64,000 bases of DNA from Candidatus Hydrogenedentota bacterium (GTDB taxonomy: Bacteria > Hydrogenedentota > Hydrogenedentia > Hydrogenedentales > SLHB01), in NCBI GenBank assembly GCA_963674865.2, contig CAXXYE010000007.1, positions 96,001-160,000 on the forward strand. Direction: 5' to 3'. Made by a program: the position numbers and the translations under genes. Below, piece after piece: positions 49,465 to 60,411 of this stretch. The notes beneath the pieces were generated by a model, which saw nothing but the letters and a program-made list of their open reading frames with translations, made no database searches and was not told the DNA's origin. Each line of letters opens with the position of its first letter. The first letter of the stretch is position 1.

Positions 49465-49547
49465 GACTTGTCCCGCTCCTTTCCCGCCGCGCCCGTGAAG
49501 CAGGCGGTTTGAGTCCCAAGACGCCCTGTCCCGCGCAATGCCGATGC

Positions 49548-52190
49548 TCAGTGGCCAGTTAACTGGTGCGAAGCCTCCATTTCCTCGTAGAAGGCCTTCA
49601 CGAACGGTGCGCCGTCCTCGGAAAAGTGCGTGATGCCTTCACGCTCGACGATCTGCCTGAAGCGTGCGTAAGTCCCATCGCGCTTCGCCTTGACGGGATC
49701 GCGCTTACACTTGAGATACATCACGGGCAGCCGGGCCATCTCCACACGCTCCCGCACCTCGTCGCTGTCCGCGACGATCTCCGCCTGATCGAAGGCCGCG
49801 TCCGCTTCGCGGATGAAGTCCGCGGTGAATATCGGCGCGTCCGCGCGGAAAAGACGCAGGTGCGTCTTCGGCGTGGCGAGGGCCTGCACCGCGTCGAAAT
49901 AGGCCCGGATACACTGGCCGCTCCGGCCATAGTATCCGTACATGAAGTCGTTGATGACGCGCTCGACATCGCAGTCGGGATTCCACAACAGTTTGGCGAG
50001 CACATACGCCCGCAGTTCGGCGAATTCCGCGCCCCGGCTCTGGTAGGCCGCCTGATTCATGACGCCGATGGCGTGGTGATCGCGGAAAAACCGCATGTTC
50101 GGTTGAAGCACCGCGAAATTGGGGAAGGGCAGCAAATAGCCGCCGAATTCGACGACGTAGTCCCAGATGTAGAGCCGGGGGGCGATGGCCGCCCAGCCGT
50201 CGATATCGCGCACGAATGAGTCATTCAACGGACACGCGGTGAGGGGATGCGCCCGGCAGCACTCGAACGTACACAGGCGGATTACCACATTCTCCCGAGG
50301 CCGAAGGTTCTTGGGCGGCTTCCGCGAGTAGACGTAGGCTAGTGTGCCAACGTACTTGTCCGGGAACTCCGGCGCGATCCGCCCGGCGACGTAGTTCACC
50401 ACCGTGAGAACCGGCCCCGATTCGCTTCCTTCCTGCGCGACGAGAGCCTGGCAGCGTTCGCATTCGCAGGCGCCCTCCCCGTCATTCTGCGAAACGGAGT
50501 AAATGAGATGATGCGGATCCTTGTGCATGTATTCGAGCAGGCGCGACGCCAAGATCCGCCGCACCTCCGGATTGGTGAGGCAGAGTTGCGACGCTTCGGC
50601 CGTGCGCTTGCCGTCAAGGAGGCTGTAATACTCCGGATGCGTCTCGAAAAACTCCTTTGGCGGCATGAGCCGGTTGAAGGTATGCACCGCCCAGTAACTC
50701 TCGACGCCGCCCGGCTGCTCACGCACCTCGCGAAAGGCAAGCGCACCATTGATCTTGTTCCTTGCGGCCCAAGTCGGGTCGAATGCTTCATAGTAGAAGT
50801 CATTCCGCACCTGGATGCCCGGCGATTCCGAGTGGTCGAGCAAGGCGAAGGTGTAGCGATCTCGATGCGGCGCCACCGTCACGCCCGGCGTATACCACCG
50901 GCAGCCCAATTCGTGCTCAAGGAATGTCAATGCGCCGTACATGGCCCCGACTTGCGCCCCGCCCCAGATCACGATGTCCGGGCCGACGCTCATGTACGTG
51001 AAGGACTGATCCGTCGCCTCCGGTTCATCGAGCCGCTTCGATACCAGCTTTCGGGAGAGAGCGTTGGCGCCAATGATGATCGCTGGCACCTTCGACTCAC
51101 GCTTGCCCTCTAGAATTGTGAAGTCCGCCCCGCTAATCTCCTTAAGCCAGTGCTGGACCTCGCTCGCGGCCCAGCGCTCGGACGCCGTCGCATCCTTGCC
51201 GAGGACAATTGAGTACTCGGTTTGCCCGCCCTCGAATAGAACGTAATCGACCCGTTCGCCTGCCGTGAAGGGCAGGCGCATCGTGTGAGAAACGCTGCCC
51301 GCCAATTCCGTTTCGACCTCGAGGATATACTCATTGTAGTACCGCGTGCTTACGTCAATCGGCGTTTCCTGCTTGCCAAGCCATCGGCCGGCCCACGCCG
51401 TATCCGCACGACCGTGGGCGAAGCTCGCGGTGAGGCGGGCGCCTTTCACTAGGCCCGCCATCCGCGTCTTCGGCAGGCGCGTCCGCAGGATGGGCCGCCC
51501 ATCAGATCGCGTGGCGAGTTGCCATAGCAATAGGCGGCCGCTTTCCAGCTCCGGGCTGTCGAAGGGCAACAAGCGGCAGCAGAACTGCCAGGAGCCGCCC
51601 CGCTCCTCCAGCTTCAGCATGAGCCGGTTCGTGCCCTCTTGAAGGACAACGGGGATCAGGTGATCATCGGCGCGCATGGCGCCGCCCGAGGTGCGATCCC
51701 ATACTTGCTCGCCGTTCAGCCACGCGCGCATGCCGTCATTGCTGCCCAGGGCCAAAACGCAGGCCTTCTCTTGAGGCGAATCTATCTCGGCGTATGCATA
51801 GGCGCAGACGGCGGGGGATTCCGACACGGCTTTGTCCATATTGACGAAGAAATCGGCCGACTCATGCCGGTGCCACGCGGCCTGCGCATCTCCGTGAGAG
51901 ACGGCGTCGCCCTCCTTCGGAGAAATGCCCCCTTCGCCGCCGCTCTCTTCCAGAAAGTCCGTGTCGAAGCCTTGCAGATGCGCCTCATCCGTATAACGCT
52001 CGGGCGCCTCCGTTAGCCGAAACGGCCCGCACAGGAGCCACGATTTCAAGTACTCGCCCGAAGGCTCGCCTTGGTACGCCGGGGCCTGCGCGAATGCTTG
52101 GGCAAGCGCGAGCGTCAACAGGCAAACGATCCATATCCTGTATCGCCAGCCGCGCCAAGCGGCGCGAGGCACTTCACTTCCTTGGGCCAT
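49548..52190 (-). CDS. DUF4838-domain protein (GH67N-like module, N-terminal beta domain)
   Basis: ELGCRWYTP, HTF, HPEYY, QLCLTNP, SQND..CEC..C, TLAY, IWDY. Confidence 0.8.
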   Translation of the reverse strand: MAQGSEVPRAAWRGWRYRIWIVCLLTLALAQAFAQAPAYQGEPSGEYLKSWLLCGPFRLTEAPERYTDEAHLQGFDTDFLEESGGEGGISPKEGDAVSHGDAQAAWHRHESADFFVNMDKAVSESPAVCAYAYAEIDSPQEKACVLALGSNDGMRAWLNGEQVWDRTSGGAMRADDHLIPVVLQEGTNRLMLKLEERGGSWQFCCRLLPFDSPELESGRLLLWQLATRSDGRPILRTRLPKTRMAGLVKGARLTASFAHGRADTAWAGRWLGKQETPIDVSTRYYNEYILEVETELAGSVSHTMRLPFTAGERVDYVLFEGGQTEYSIVLGKDATASERWAASEVQHWLKEISGADFTILEGKRESKVPAIIIGANALSRKLVSKRLDEPEATDQSFTYMSVGPDIVIWGGAQVGAMYGALTFLEHELGCRWYTPGVTVAPHRDRYTFALLDHSESPGIQVRNDFYYEAFDPTWAARNKINGALAFREVREQPGGVESYWAVHTFNRLMPPKEFFETHPEYYSLLDGKRTAEASQLCLTNPEVRRILASRLLEYMHKDPHHLIYSVSQNDGEGACECERCQALVAQEGSESGPVLTVVNYVAGRIAPEFPDKYVGTLAYVYSRKPPKNLRPRENVVIRLCTFECCRAHPLTACPLNDSFVRDIDGWAAIAPRLYIWDYVVEFGGYLLPFPNFAVLQPNMRFFRDHHAIGVMNQAAYQSRGAEFAELRAYVLAKLLWNPDCDVERVINDFMYGYYGRSGQCIRAYFDAVQALATPKTHLRLFRADAPIFTADFIREADAAFDQAEIVADSDEVRERVEMARLPVMYLKCKRDPVKAKRDGTYARFRQIVEREGITHFSEDGAPFVKAFYEEMEASHQLTGH

Positions 52191-52239
52191 TCATCCTCCT
52201 CCGCGTTGAGTGCGTCCTAGGCGGCCGCCGTCTACGTTG

Positions 52240-54315
52240 TCAATCACCCTCGTTGGCGAATTCCGTTAGCCAAGCGAGATTGAAGGCATAATGCTGCATG
52301 CTGCTGATCAGGTGGATCACGCCGTCGAGGCCCTGGCAGATGGACATGTAGCCTCGCGGCTCCGCGCTGGTATCGCTCAACGTGAACGGCCGCCCATCCA
52401 TAGCCGCGAGTTCCCTCGGCTCGCCGCCCGGCGTTACAAGGCGCTTCACCGGCCATGTTTCGCCTTCATCGAAGGACACCGCCGCGAAAAGGCCGCTGCA
52501 CGGACTTACGTGCCCGGCCCCATCGATGATATCCATCGGTTCACTGGCAAAAGAACAGAGTAGAATCGGCCCTTCCTTCAGACGCGTCAGCACGAGGCGG
52601 CGCCCGCCGCCGACAGGCTGGAACTCGCTTGCGGAATAGCTCCAGGACGCGCCCAGGTCGCTCGACAGGCTCTTGGGCATGTGATTGTCGATATCATCGC
52701 CGCGGCCAAAGGCCATCAAGCGCCCGTCTTTCAGTTGCATTACCCCTGCGTGAATGCCGGCGATGGTGCCCCCGGCGTCGGCCCATGTATTGCCGCTATC
52801 GTGACTGATGTGCAGCGCCGTGCCGCCTGAGCCGCGTGAGCTGGCATCGCAAGGTAGAGCGATCGCCCCGGCGTCCGTGCTGAATACCGACTCCACCGGC
52901 TGGTGGCGGATGGTGTGCTCGGAGGCGATAATCCGCGCCTTCGACCACGTCGCGCCGCTGTCCGTCGACGTACGTAGGATGATTGCGAGATTGCCCCATG
53001 TTGCTGCGGCGGACAGTCCTACGAACTGGTAGATGGTTCCGCTCCCGTCGTACCAAATGGCCGGGGCGTGATCGTTCCTATCGGGCGCATCCCAGAAGGG
53101 AGAGGCCGGTTCCCATTCCTTCGCACCGTAGCGCAACCGACTGGCCACCAGCGCAAGTTCTCGGCCGCGTTCGCTTACCGTCGTGTACCAAACGGCAAGC
53201 AAGTCGCCGTTCGGGCACTCTACGATGCCCGGGTCGTGGTTGTGATGACTGAACATCGGCCCCTCCGAGTCGGGAGGGATCTTGACGTACACCCGCGGCC
53301 CCTCGAAATAGGACGTCGTGGGATCGGGCCCTTGAGTGACGTCGGCGGGAATATTCTGACTGACGTTCTCTTGACAAAGCTCCACCGGAGGCAGCGGGAG
53401 GGGCTCCGTGTCGGGCATATCGGCCATGGCGACGCGGAATCCGATCAGCCAGTGCTTGTCTTCGGGGAGAGTTCCCATACGATTGGCCGAGCGCAGGTAG
53501 TAAGGTTCCGTCGAGTGGCTGCCGCCGCGCGTCACCCGGAAGTCGCCGTCGGCGCGGCCCACGGGATCCGTCTGCGAGCTCTCTTCATAGGGCCCATACC
53601 AGTCGTAGCACCATTCCTCGACGTTGCCATGCATGTCGAAGAGCCCCCATGGATTCGCGGGCGTCTCACCCACCGTCAACGGCACGATGTCATCCTCGAG
53701 CGTCCGGCCTTCCTCCACGCGATCGGGATCGGGATACCACACATCCTTGCGAGCATTCTTAAGAAATGCCTCGGGCAGTTCTTCTCCCGTAGAGAACAAG
53801 GTATCGGTGCCGGCGCGGCAGGCATACTCCCACTCCGCCTCCGTCGGGAGCCGGTAAGGCTTGCCTTCCTTCTCCGAGAGCCACATGCAGAAGTCCTGCG
53901 CTTCCTGCCACGTGACGAAGACGACAGCCTCGTTATCCTCGTTCGAGAAGCCCATCGCTCCCCTGAGTTCCCGGTGCTCCGGCTTGAACTGCTCGAACTG
54001 GGCGTTCGTCACCTCGGTGACGCTCAAGTAGAAAGGCTCCGAGATGGCTACTTCATGCGCGGGAAACTCGTCGAAATCGCCCCTGGCTCGGTGGCTCCGG
54101 CCATCCGTCAAGGCGTCGGGCAGAGGATCTCCCGAAGAGCCCATAACAAACGTCCCCGGCTCGATGCGGACGAACTGCTGTCCAACCGAGTCGCTGAACT
54201 CATTTGTCGGTTCAGCCGTCGTGCCCCCGCCCGATGGATCCTGCGGCGGTTCTGGCTCACACGATGCGAAGACAAAGACCAGCGTCACTGTCATGAAGAT
54301 GCTTACGATTCTCAT
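52240..54315 (-). CDS. Lipoprotein: SUMF1/FGE-like domain fused to BNR/sialidase-like propeller
   Basis: FAS-C lipobox; RLPTEAEWEYACR, DMHGNVEEW, IGFRV; Asp-boxes STDSGATWS, SHDSGNTW, SSDLGASW, SFDEGETW. Confidence 0.85.
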   Translation of the reverse strand: MRIVSIFMTVTLVFVFASCEPEPPQDPSGGGTTAEPTNEFSDSVGQQFVRIEPGTFVMGSSGDPLPDALTDGRSHRARGDFDEFPAHEVAISEPFYLSVTEVTNAQFEQFKPEHRELRGAMGFSNEDNEAVVFVTWQEAQDFCMWLSEKEGKPYRLPTEAEWEYACRAGTDTLFSTGEELPEAFLKNARKDVWYPDPDRVEEGRTLEDDIVPLTVGETPANPWGLFDMHGNVEEWCYDWYGPYEESSQTDPVGRADGDFRVTRGGSHSTEPYYLRSANRMGTLPEDKHWLIGFRVAMADMPDTEPLPLPPVELCQENVSQNIPADVTQGPDPTTSYFEGPRVYVKIPPDSEGPMFSHHNHDPGIVECPNGDLLAVWYTTVSERGRELALVASRLRYGAKEWEPASPFWDAPDRNDHAPAIWYDGSGTIYQFVGLSAAATWGNLAIILRTSTDSGATWSKARIIASEHTIRHQPVESVFSTDAGAIALPCDASSRGSGGTALHISHDSGNTWADAGGTIAGIHAGVMQLKDGRLMAFGRGDDIDNHMPKSLSSDLGASWSYSASEFQPVGGGRRLVLTRLKEGPILLCSFASEPMDIIDGAGHVSPCSGLFAAVSFDEGETWPVKRLVTPGGEPRELAAMDGRPFTLSDTSAEPRGYMSICQGLDGVIHLISSMQHYAFNLAWLTEFANEGD

Positions 54316-54451
54316 GCCATATTCCCTCCTGCGCCGAAGATCCTACCGGCAACCTGGGGACTGCGCCCTATCACCCGCGCCGGCTCACCACGAAACCTCA
54401 CTCTACACAACCCGCCATGGCTTGTAAAACATCACTTGAGGCTGCGGGCCG

Positions 54452-56185
54452 TTAATCAACCCAGGCCACGTCAATCCAGCGCCGCACCGAGTTGATGAGC
54501 CGGATCGACTTGACCCGGGTGACGTCCTCCTTGGTGAGCACGGCCTCGCGTAGGATCCCTTCCGCCAGGAGATGGCCGCGGAAGGTGCCGCCCAACAGGC
54601 CGGACGCAACCGGCGGCGTGAGCAGCTCGCCATCGAGTTCGAGCACCACGTTCGCGCGCGTGCTTTCCGTGATCTCCCCGCGTCGATTCCAGAGAAGCAC
54701 GTCATCACAATCGGGACGCGATGCCGCGGCCGCTTCGTACATGTCCCGGTGCGTTGTCTTGTGAAACAGGAACACGTTCCCGCTGTCCACGGGCTCGCGC
54801 GCGAAGCCGGCGCGAACTCGTGCCGGCGGGCCTGCCGGCGCCGATTCCACTTCCAGCGAGCCATCTCTTGAGACAAGTAGGCGAACCTTCTGGGGCCCCG
54901 GCGCCTGCCCTCGGGCCGCCGCGCCCAGGGCCTCCTGTACGCGGGCCGGATCCATGTCGAACCCGAAGTAATCCGCACTGGCCGCCAGCCTCTCCAGATG
55001 CTCGTCCAGAAGGAAATACTCACCGTCGTACAGGATCGACTCGAGCAAGCGGAAGTCCGGTACAGGATAGCTCAGCAGGCATGCCTTGGTGCGGCATTCC
55101 TCATATTCGCCGCCGGGTGTCGAGTCCCACGTGATGCCGCCGCCTACGTTGTAACGCGCCATGGCCCGCTGCGCGTCCACCGTCACCGTGCGGATGGCCA
55201 CGTTGAACTCGGCCCGCCCATCCGGCGCCCACCAGCCAACCGTGCCGCAATAGACGCCACGCGGATGCGGCTCCAATTCCCGGATGATCTGCATCGTCCG
55301 CACTTTGGGGGCGCCCGTCACCGAGCCGCTCGGGAACAGCGCCCTCAGCACTTCCGACGCGCCCGTCCGGGCGCGGGAGGTGATCGTCGAGGTCATCTGC
55401 CAGACGGTTGGATAGCGCTCCAGATCGAACAGGCTCTGCACCTGAACCGAGCCTGTTTCGCTGATTCTGCCCATGTCATTGCGGAGCAGGTCGACAATCA
55501 TCACGTTTTCGGCGCGATCCTTTTCACTCGTGCCGAGCGCCTCCGCCATCACCCGATCCTCCGTCGGCCATCGCCCGCGAGGGCGCGTCCCCTTCATAGG
55601 CTTGGTTTCGAGCCGCCGGCCGTCGAGGCGGAAGAATAACTCCGGCGAAATGGAGAGGATCTTGAAGCGGCCCGTGTCGAGAAAGGCGCTATAGCGGGCC
55701 TCCTGCGCCCGGATGAGGCGGACAAACCACCCGAGGGCGTCCCCGGCAAACGCGGCCTCCATAGGGAAAGTGTAATTGACTTGGTAGGTGTCGCCCGCCG
55801 CGATGAGTTCGCGAATGCGCCGGATCGCCGCTACGTAAGCGTCTCTGTCAACGAGCGGCCGCCATGGCCCCACATCCGGCGGCTCGCCGCCCACGAGGGC
55901 TGGCGTCGCCCGTACGACCTCTTCCTTGTCGTACAAGCCGAACCACAGCAGGGGCAACTCGCGCGGATCATGCGTATCCAGCGCGGCATCAAACGCCGGA
56001 GCGGCCTCATAGGCGATGTATCCGGCCGCGTTGAGTCCCTGCGCCACGGCCGATTCGACGCGCTCCAGGCACGCGCCCACTTCGGAGATCGCGCGGGCGC
56101 ACAACGTCTCAACCGGACGCGAGAAGCGGATCTCCCGCTCAGGCGATACGAAGCGGACATAGCCGGACTGTGTTGAGGAATACAA
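54452..56185 (-). CDS. pabB: Aminodeoxychorismate synthase component I fused to ADC lyase/class IV aminotransferase
   Basis: GDTYQVN, SPELF, PMKGT, KDRAENVMIVDLLRND, GAPK, NVAIRT; C-terminal HLERL, HKTT.R, SGLLGGT.R. Confidence 0.9.
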   Translation of the reverse strand: MYSSTQSGYVRFVSPEREIRFSRPVETLCARAISEVGACLERVESAVAQGLNAAGYIAYEAAPAFDAALDTHDPRELPLLWFGLYDKEEVVRATPALVGGEPPDVGPWRPLVDRDAYVAAIRRIRELIAAGDTYQVNYTFPMEAAFAGDALGWFVRLIRAQEARYSAFLDTGRFKILSISPELFFRLDGRRLETKPMKGTRPRGRWPTEDRVMAEALGTSEKDRAENVMIVDLLRNDMGRISETGSVQVQSLFDLERYPTVWQMTSTITSRARTGASEVLRALFPSGSVTGAPKVRTMQIIRELEPHPRGVYCGTVGWWAPDGRAEFNVAIRTVTVDAQRAMARYNVGGGITWDSTPGGEYEECRTKACLLSYPVPDFRLLESILYDGEYFLLDEHLERLAASADYFGFDMDPARVQEALGAAARGQAPGPQKVRLLVSRDGSLEVESAPAGPPARVRAGFAREPVDSGNVFLFHKTTHRDMYEAAAASRPDCDDVLLWNRRGEITESTRANVVLELDGELLTPPVASGLLGGTFRGHLLAEGILREAVLTKEDVTRVKSIRLINSVRRWIDVAWVD

Positions 56186-56416
56186 GGTTTGAGGCCGCCT
56201 ATCGTCAACAACGACAGGATAAAGGCTATCACAAAGCCGGATTCAGCTTCATCGCTGCCCGCAACCTCATGTCCGCGAGAAGCGGACATCCAGGAGCATC
56301 TCGCCGAAATGGCCCGGAAGATAACGAGAACGCGGCTGCATTCGCACCTCGCGGATAAGGCTGTTGACGCGATTCGTAGTCGGCCCCATTATTGCCCCGG
56401 TTCTGAAAGCCCAGCG

Positions 56417-56893
56417 TTAATCGGAGCCTCCCTCGACATCCGGCTTGGCGCTCTGCTCGCCTGAATAGCTCCATTCCATACTGAACTCATCACAGCCTGT
56501 ATACTGGCAGATGCCTTGGCCGGCGATGTGGAAACCCTCCCGCTTGTAGAAGCGGATTGCATCCGTGTTCTTCGTATAGACGGTGAGGTGCAACTGCGGC
56601 TGCAACTTCTTCGCATGCCGAAGCAGCGCCGCCCCTATTCCACCTCCCTGGCGCTCAGGCCTCACAAAAAGGCCGCCCACATGCGCACCGCGCAAACACA
56701 CGAAGCCTTCGATCATGCCTCCCGCCTCGTAGACATAGCCCTCCGTGTCTGGATGCGGGAGGATCTCGGACGTCATTGTGGGCAACGCCGAGCGCCAGAA
56801 TTCCTCGGCCACGAAATCATGCGCCTGGATGGACGCCGTTAGCCAGACTTGGCCGACCTCCTCGATATCGCCAGGTTCCATCTTACGAATCAT
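56417..56893 (-). CDS. GNAT-family acetyltransferase
   Basis: AHDF, LFVRPERQGGGIG, LTVY.KN..AIRFYKREGF; start uncertain. Confidence 0.85.
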   Translation of the reverse strand: MIRKMEPGDIEEVGQVWLTASIQAHDFVAEEFWRSALPTMTSEILPHPDTEGYVYEAGGMIEGFVCLRGAHVGGLFVRPERQGGGIGAALLRHAKKLQPQLHLTVYTKNTDAIRFYKREGFHIAGQGICQYTGCDEFSMEWSYSGEQSAKPDVEGGSD

Positions 56894-57082
56894 GTACATC
56901 AACTCCATTCCGGGCGCACAATTTCCAGGTCGATTCGCTCTCAAACTGCCCGCCCGATTCCCATTAACACAGCATATCAAGGAAGATGTCGGCCGATAAA
57001 CACGTTTGACTGCCCCGAGAGGGGTGAACTATGCTCCAAAGCGCCGTATTGGGGATGATGTATCTACAACGTGAGGAAGGGC

Positions 57083-57712
57083 ATGCGCCGAGAGCATACA
57101 TGGAAGTCCTTGGCGCTGTTGCTTTTGCTTTCGGTGGCGTTGGTGGTTGCGTGGCACGCGGTTTTCGATGAGAAGGTGCGCGTCGTCCGCAGTTGGGACT
57201 TTGCCCGCCTTCAGCCGGAGGCGTGGGAGTGGACATTCCCATCAACGAGGCCGCTCGAATCCTCGCATGGCGCCGCATACATCGCCCACGGGTCGGATTG
57301 GGGGCCGTCAATCGGCGGCCTGGGCCTTGACGCACGTGAGGTGGACAAGGTGCGTGTGACGGCGCGTATCGTAGATATTGCCACGGGAAGAGAGCTTCCG
57401 CTGAATCTCGAACTCGCGTGGGCGAGAGCCGAGGACATTTCGCAGCCCGAAGGCACTTGGACGCCCGCACCTGCACGAACGTGTCCCTTCCAGATGCTCG
57501 ATCACGGCGATCCGCAGAGGGCCACGGCGCAGATGGCTCAGTGGAAGGAATGGGCCAGCAGGGAGTGGAACGGCACCGTGGACGCCATGCGGATTCGTGT
57601 CCGCGCCACACCGTCATCCGAACAAGGCTACCGCGTTGAGATCTCCAAGATCGAATTCCTGAAGGTCGTGCGCCGCCACGGGCGGGCCGTCCATTCAGAT
57701 GGGGAGCAATAG
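57083..57712 (+). CDS. Hypothetical membrane-anchored protein, possible carbohydrate-binding fold
   Basis: N-terminal TM; WNGTV..MRI..I.KIEF; 2 bp before the GT39-like gene. Confidence 0.55.
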   Translation: MRREHTWKSLALLLLLSVALVVAWHAVFDEKVRVVRSWDFARLQPEAWEWTFPSTRPLESSHGAAYIAHGSDWGPSIGGLGLDAREVDKVRVTARIVDIATGRELPLNLELAWARAEDISQPEGTWTPAPARTCPFQMLDHGDPQRATAQMAQWKEWASREWNGTVDAMRIRVRATPSSEQGYRVEISKIEFLKVVRRHGRAVHSDGEQ

Positions 57713-57714
57713 CC

Positions 57715-60381
57715 ATGGCTGGGCCTCAACAAAGACGCTGGCAGGCCGCGCTGGTGACTCTTGCCCTCCTCGCCATACTGGTATTGGCCTTCATCACGCG
57801 CCTTGACGGACTGGACGCCAGCTTCTGGGGCGATGAAGTGCGCACCCATGACCGCGCCTTCGAGCCCGTTCACATCCGCCTTGCTAGTGACACGTATCCC
57901 TTGTATTACTTCCTTGCCCACATGGCGCTGTATCTGGGAGACAACGAGGTTACCTTGCGCTTGCCGGCGCTGCTCGCGGGACTGGCCGGTGTTGTGGCGA
58001 TCTTCTTTGTCGGGAAGTCGCTTTACAGCGCGACGGCCGGGCTGGTGGCCGCGCTCGCCCTCGCCGTGTCGCCTTTTCACATCCTGCACTCCCATCACGC
58101 GCGCTACTACACCCTTGTCATGCTTTTCGGCCTGTTGACGGCGTGGTTTCTAGCGCGGGCGGCATCGCAAGGCAAGGCGCGTGATTGGGTGGCCTACGCG
58201 TTCTCCGGCTTCCTCGGCCTGATGTCGCATGTCATGTTTGCCCCCTGCCTGTTGGCGATGAGTGTCGGCGGCCTGCTGTACATTGCCTTCGCACGCCGGA
58301 GTTCCCTCAATGGCCCCAAGTGGCGGCGACTCGCCGCGCTCATCCTCTGCACCTTTCTCGCCGGATTGCCGACGGCAATCCGCATCGGCCCGCACCACTT
58401 CAAGGCCTTGTCGCTTCAACAACCGCGGGACGACGGCGACAGCGCGGAGGCCGGGCCTGCCGTTGGTGACGGCGCGGAAGGCGATGCGCAGGCCCCCCCG
58501 GCCGCGGAGAGCGAGCAGGATGAGGGACATCTCCTGGCCTTCTTTGGAAACGGCGGATACCTGGAGTTCCTCAAGCGCTACTTCTGGATTTCCTCTCCTC
58601 GCATCCGCGATCTACTTATCTTGCTGGCAATCTGGGGGCTGGTGGAGCTGTTCCGAAACCACGCGGCCATGGGCGCCATCATCGCCAGTCTGCTGGTTCT
58701 GACGCCGCTGCCTTTCTTCTACGTGCCGGTTCAGCATTGGCACCACGCACGCTATTACTCGGCCGCGTACCTCCCCGCCCTCCTGCTTGTGGCCATCGGT
58801 ATCATGATTCTTCCTTCCTACCTCGCCCGCGTTCTAATCTTGCGGCGACGCGAGCCGGCGGCGTGTCCCGGGCCGGCCAAGTGGGTGCGTCCGGTGGAGG
58901 CGGCCCTTGTCGCGCTCTTCCTGGCTGCCTTGGCGCCGGCGGCAGTTGACGCGATGCGAACCTACCGGGCCGAGGGCTGGTTGACGGAAAACCGCGTGAC
59001 GGGCCCTATCGTGCCGGTGCGCGATTGGAAGGGCCTGTATCGCCATATGGCGAACACCTTCCAGACGCAGGACGTCGTATTCCATCTTGGCCCGCCGGAG
59101 CACGCCGCCAACTACCGGCGGCTCTATCTTGATCGCTATCTCGGCAACTACGGCGCGCTTCCCTTCAGAGAGGTCAGTCGCAACCATCCAAAGTTCGATC
59201 TGATCCGATGGGCTTGTCTCGAAAACCCCTATGCCTCCGTGTGGTTTACCGGCCAGAGAAGGCTCGGCATCGGCGCGTATGTTCCGCTGCTCAACGCCTT
59301 GTGTGGCCCGCCTCTCATGTCCAATCTCAGCTCGTCTTCGATGGGCGTGGCCCTCTGGGTTTTGGGCGAACCGACCCAAAACCTCATCGAAAACGGCGGT
59401 TTCGAGCAGAAAGAAGTCGTTATTGGGACGGAAGGCCCCGGCGCCGTCGGTATTGATCCCGGCTACGAGGGAAGAGGGACTCTCGCGATGTACGTGCCCC
59501 CGGAAGCGCCTGCATCGCAGACAGTGACGCTTTCGGTGAAGCCCCACACCTACCGTGTCCGAAACGGCCACTTCGAACTCTGGGCCGAGGGCAAGCCCGT
59601 GGGCTGGGAGATGGCTGCGGAGAGCGCCCATGCCGTAGAGGTAGGCCCGGCAACAACATCGGGCTCCCGCGCGCTCGGACTCGCGCCTTCGGCCACACCC
59701 GTTGTGCTCTCGCAGCGTGTGCCCATGGGCCTGGCCCCGGGGCGGCGGGTGCGTGTCGAAGCCGAGGCGTATGCGGATGCGGCGCGGCAGATCGCCCTCA
59801 TCCTCAGATACGCCCTCGCGGGCGAAGCCCACGAGGCGGCTGCGTATCATTCCGGGGGCGGGGAGTGGGCGCCCCTTTTCGTCGAGGCCGTGATCCCGGC
59901 GGAGGCCGATCCTGAGGCGATAGCCGTCGTTATTCGCCGCGAGCCCGACACGCCTGGGCAGGCGGCGGTGGACAACGTCGCGGTGGGCGTCCTCGATGCG
60001 GACAACAGCCTGGATCCGCGCGAGATATACACCCTTTCCATGATGATCCGCTACGCCGATGTGCGACGTCCCAAGAACCCATATCACCCATGGGGATACG
60101 TGGCGCTCACCTTCTCATCCGAACAGGACGAACGCCGACACGTCGACCTTGCCCGGTTCGAGGGCACCCGAGACTGGTACCAGCTCTCTTGCCCGGTGCT
60201 CCCGGGCCGCACGCTGCCGGCGGATGCCGCGGATCTCCACGTGCGGGTAGGTATGCAGGACGCCTCCGGCGCCATCTGGATCGATAACGTCCAACTCGAG
60301 CCGAAGGATCATGCCACGCCCTTCACGCAAGGCGTCCGCATTCCACACGATGAAGACATAGCCTTACGGGGCCTGCCCTAG
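57715..60381 (+). CDS. GT-C/GT39 (PMT-like) glycosyltransferase with C-terminal CBM-like domains
   Basis: SFWGDE, PLYY, RLP.LL.G, SPFHI.HS..ARYY; NLIENGGFE, NGHFE, WIDNVQLE. Confidence 0.82.
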   Translation: MAGPQQRRWQAALVTLALLAILVLAFITRLDGLDASFWGDEVRTHDRAFEPVHIRLASDTYPLYYFLAHMALYLGDNEVTLRLPALLAGLAGVVAIFFVGKSLYSATAGLVAALALAVSPFHILHSHHARYYTLVMLFGLLTAWFLARAASQGKARDWVAYAFSGFLGLMSHVMFAPCLLAMSVGGLLYIAFARRSSLNGPKWRRLAALILCTFLAGLPTAIRIGPHHFKALSLQQPRDDGDSAEAGPAVGDGAEGDAQAPPAAESEQDEGHLLAFFGNGGYLEFLKRYFWISSPRIRDLLILLAIWGLVELFRNHAAMGAIIASLLVLTPLPFFYVPVQHWHHARYYSAAYLPALLLVAIGIMILPSYLARVLILRRREPAACPGPAKWVRPVEAALVALFLAALAPAAVDAMRTYRAEGWLTENRVTGPIVPVRDWKGLYRHMANTFQTQDVVFHLGPPEHAANYRRLYLDRYLGNYGALPFREVSRNHPKFDLIRWACLENPYASVWFTGQRRLGIGAYVPLLNALCGPPLMSNLSSSSMGVALWVLGEPTQNLIENGGFEQKEVVIGTEGPGAVGIDPGYEGRGTLAMYVPPEAPASQTVTLSVKPHTYRVRNGHFELWAEGKPVGWEMAAESAHAVEVGPATTSGSRALGLAPSATPVVLSQRVPMGLAPGRRVRVEAEAYADAARQIALILRYALAGEAHEAAAYHSGGGEWAPLFVEAVIPAEADPEAIAVVIRREPDTPGQAAVDNVAVGVLDADNSLDPREIYTLSMMIRYADVRRPKNPYHPWGYVALTFSSEQDERRHVDLARFEGTRDWYQLSCPVLPGRTLPADAADLHVRVGMQDASGAIWIDNVQLEPKDHATPFTQGVRIPHDEDIALRGLP

Positions 60382-60411
60382 GCCTATAGCGGAACTCCAT
60401 AGATTTCTCGC

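Noticed and set aside
52240..54315. FGE domain as the sulfatase-activating enzyme
   Set aside because: Catalytic cysteines are absent and it is fused to a propeller in a lipoprotein
56186..56980. GNAT gene as an integron cassette
   Set aside because: No convincing attC (RYYYAAC...GTTRRRY with paired arms) and no integrase
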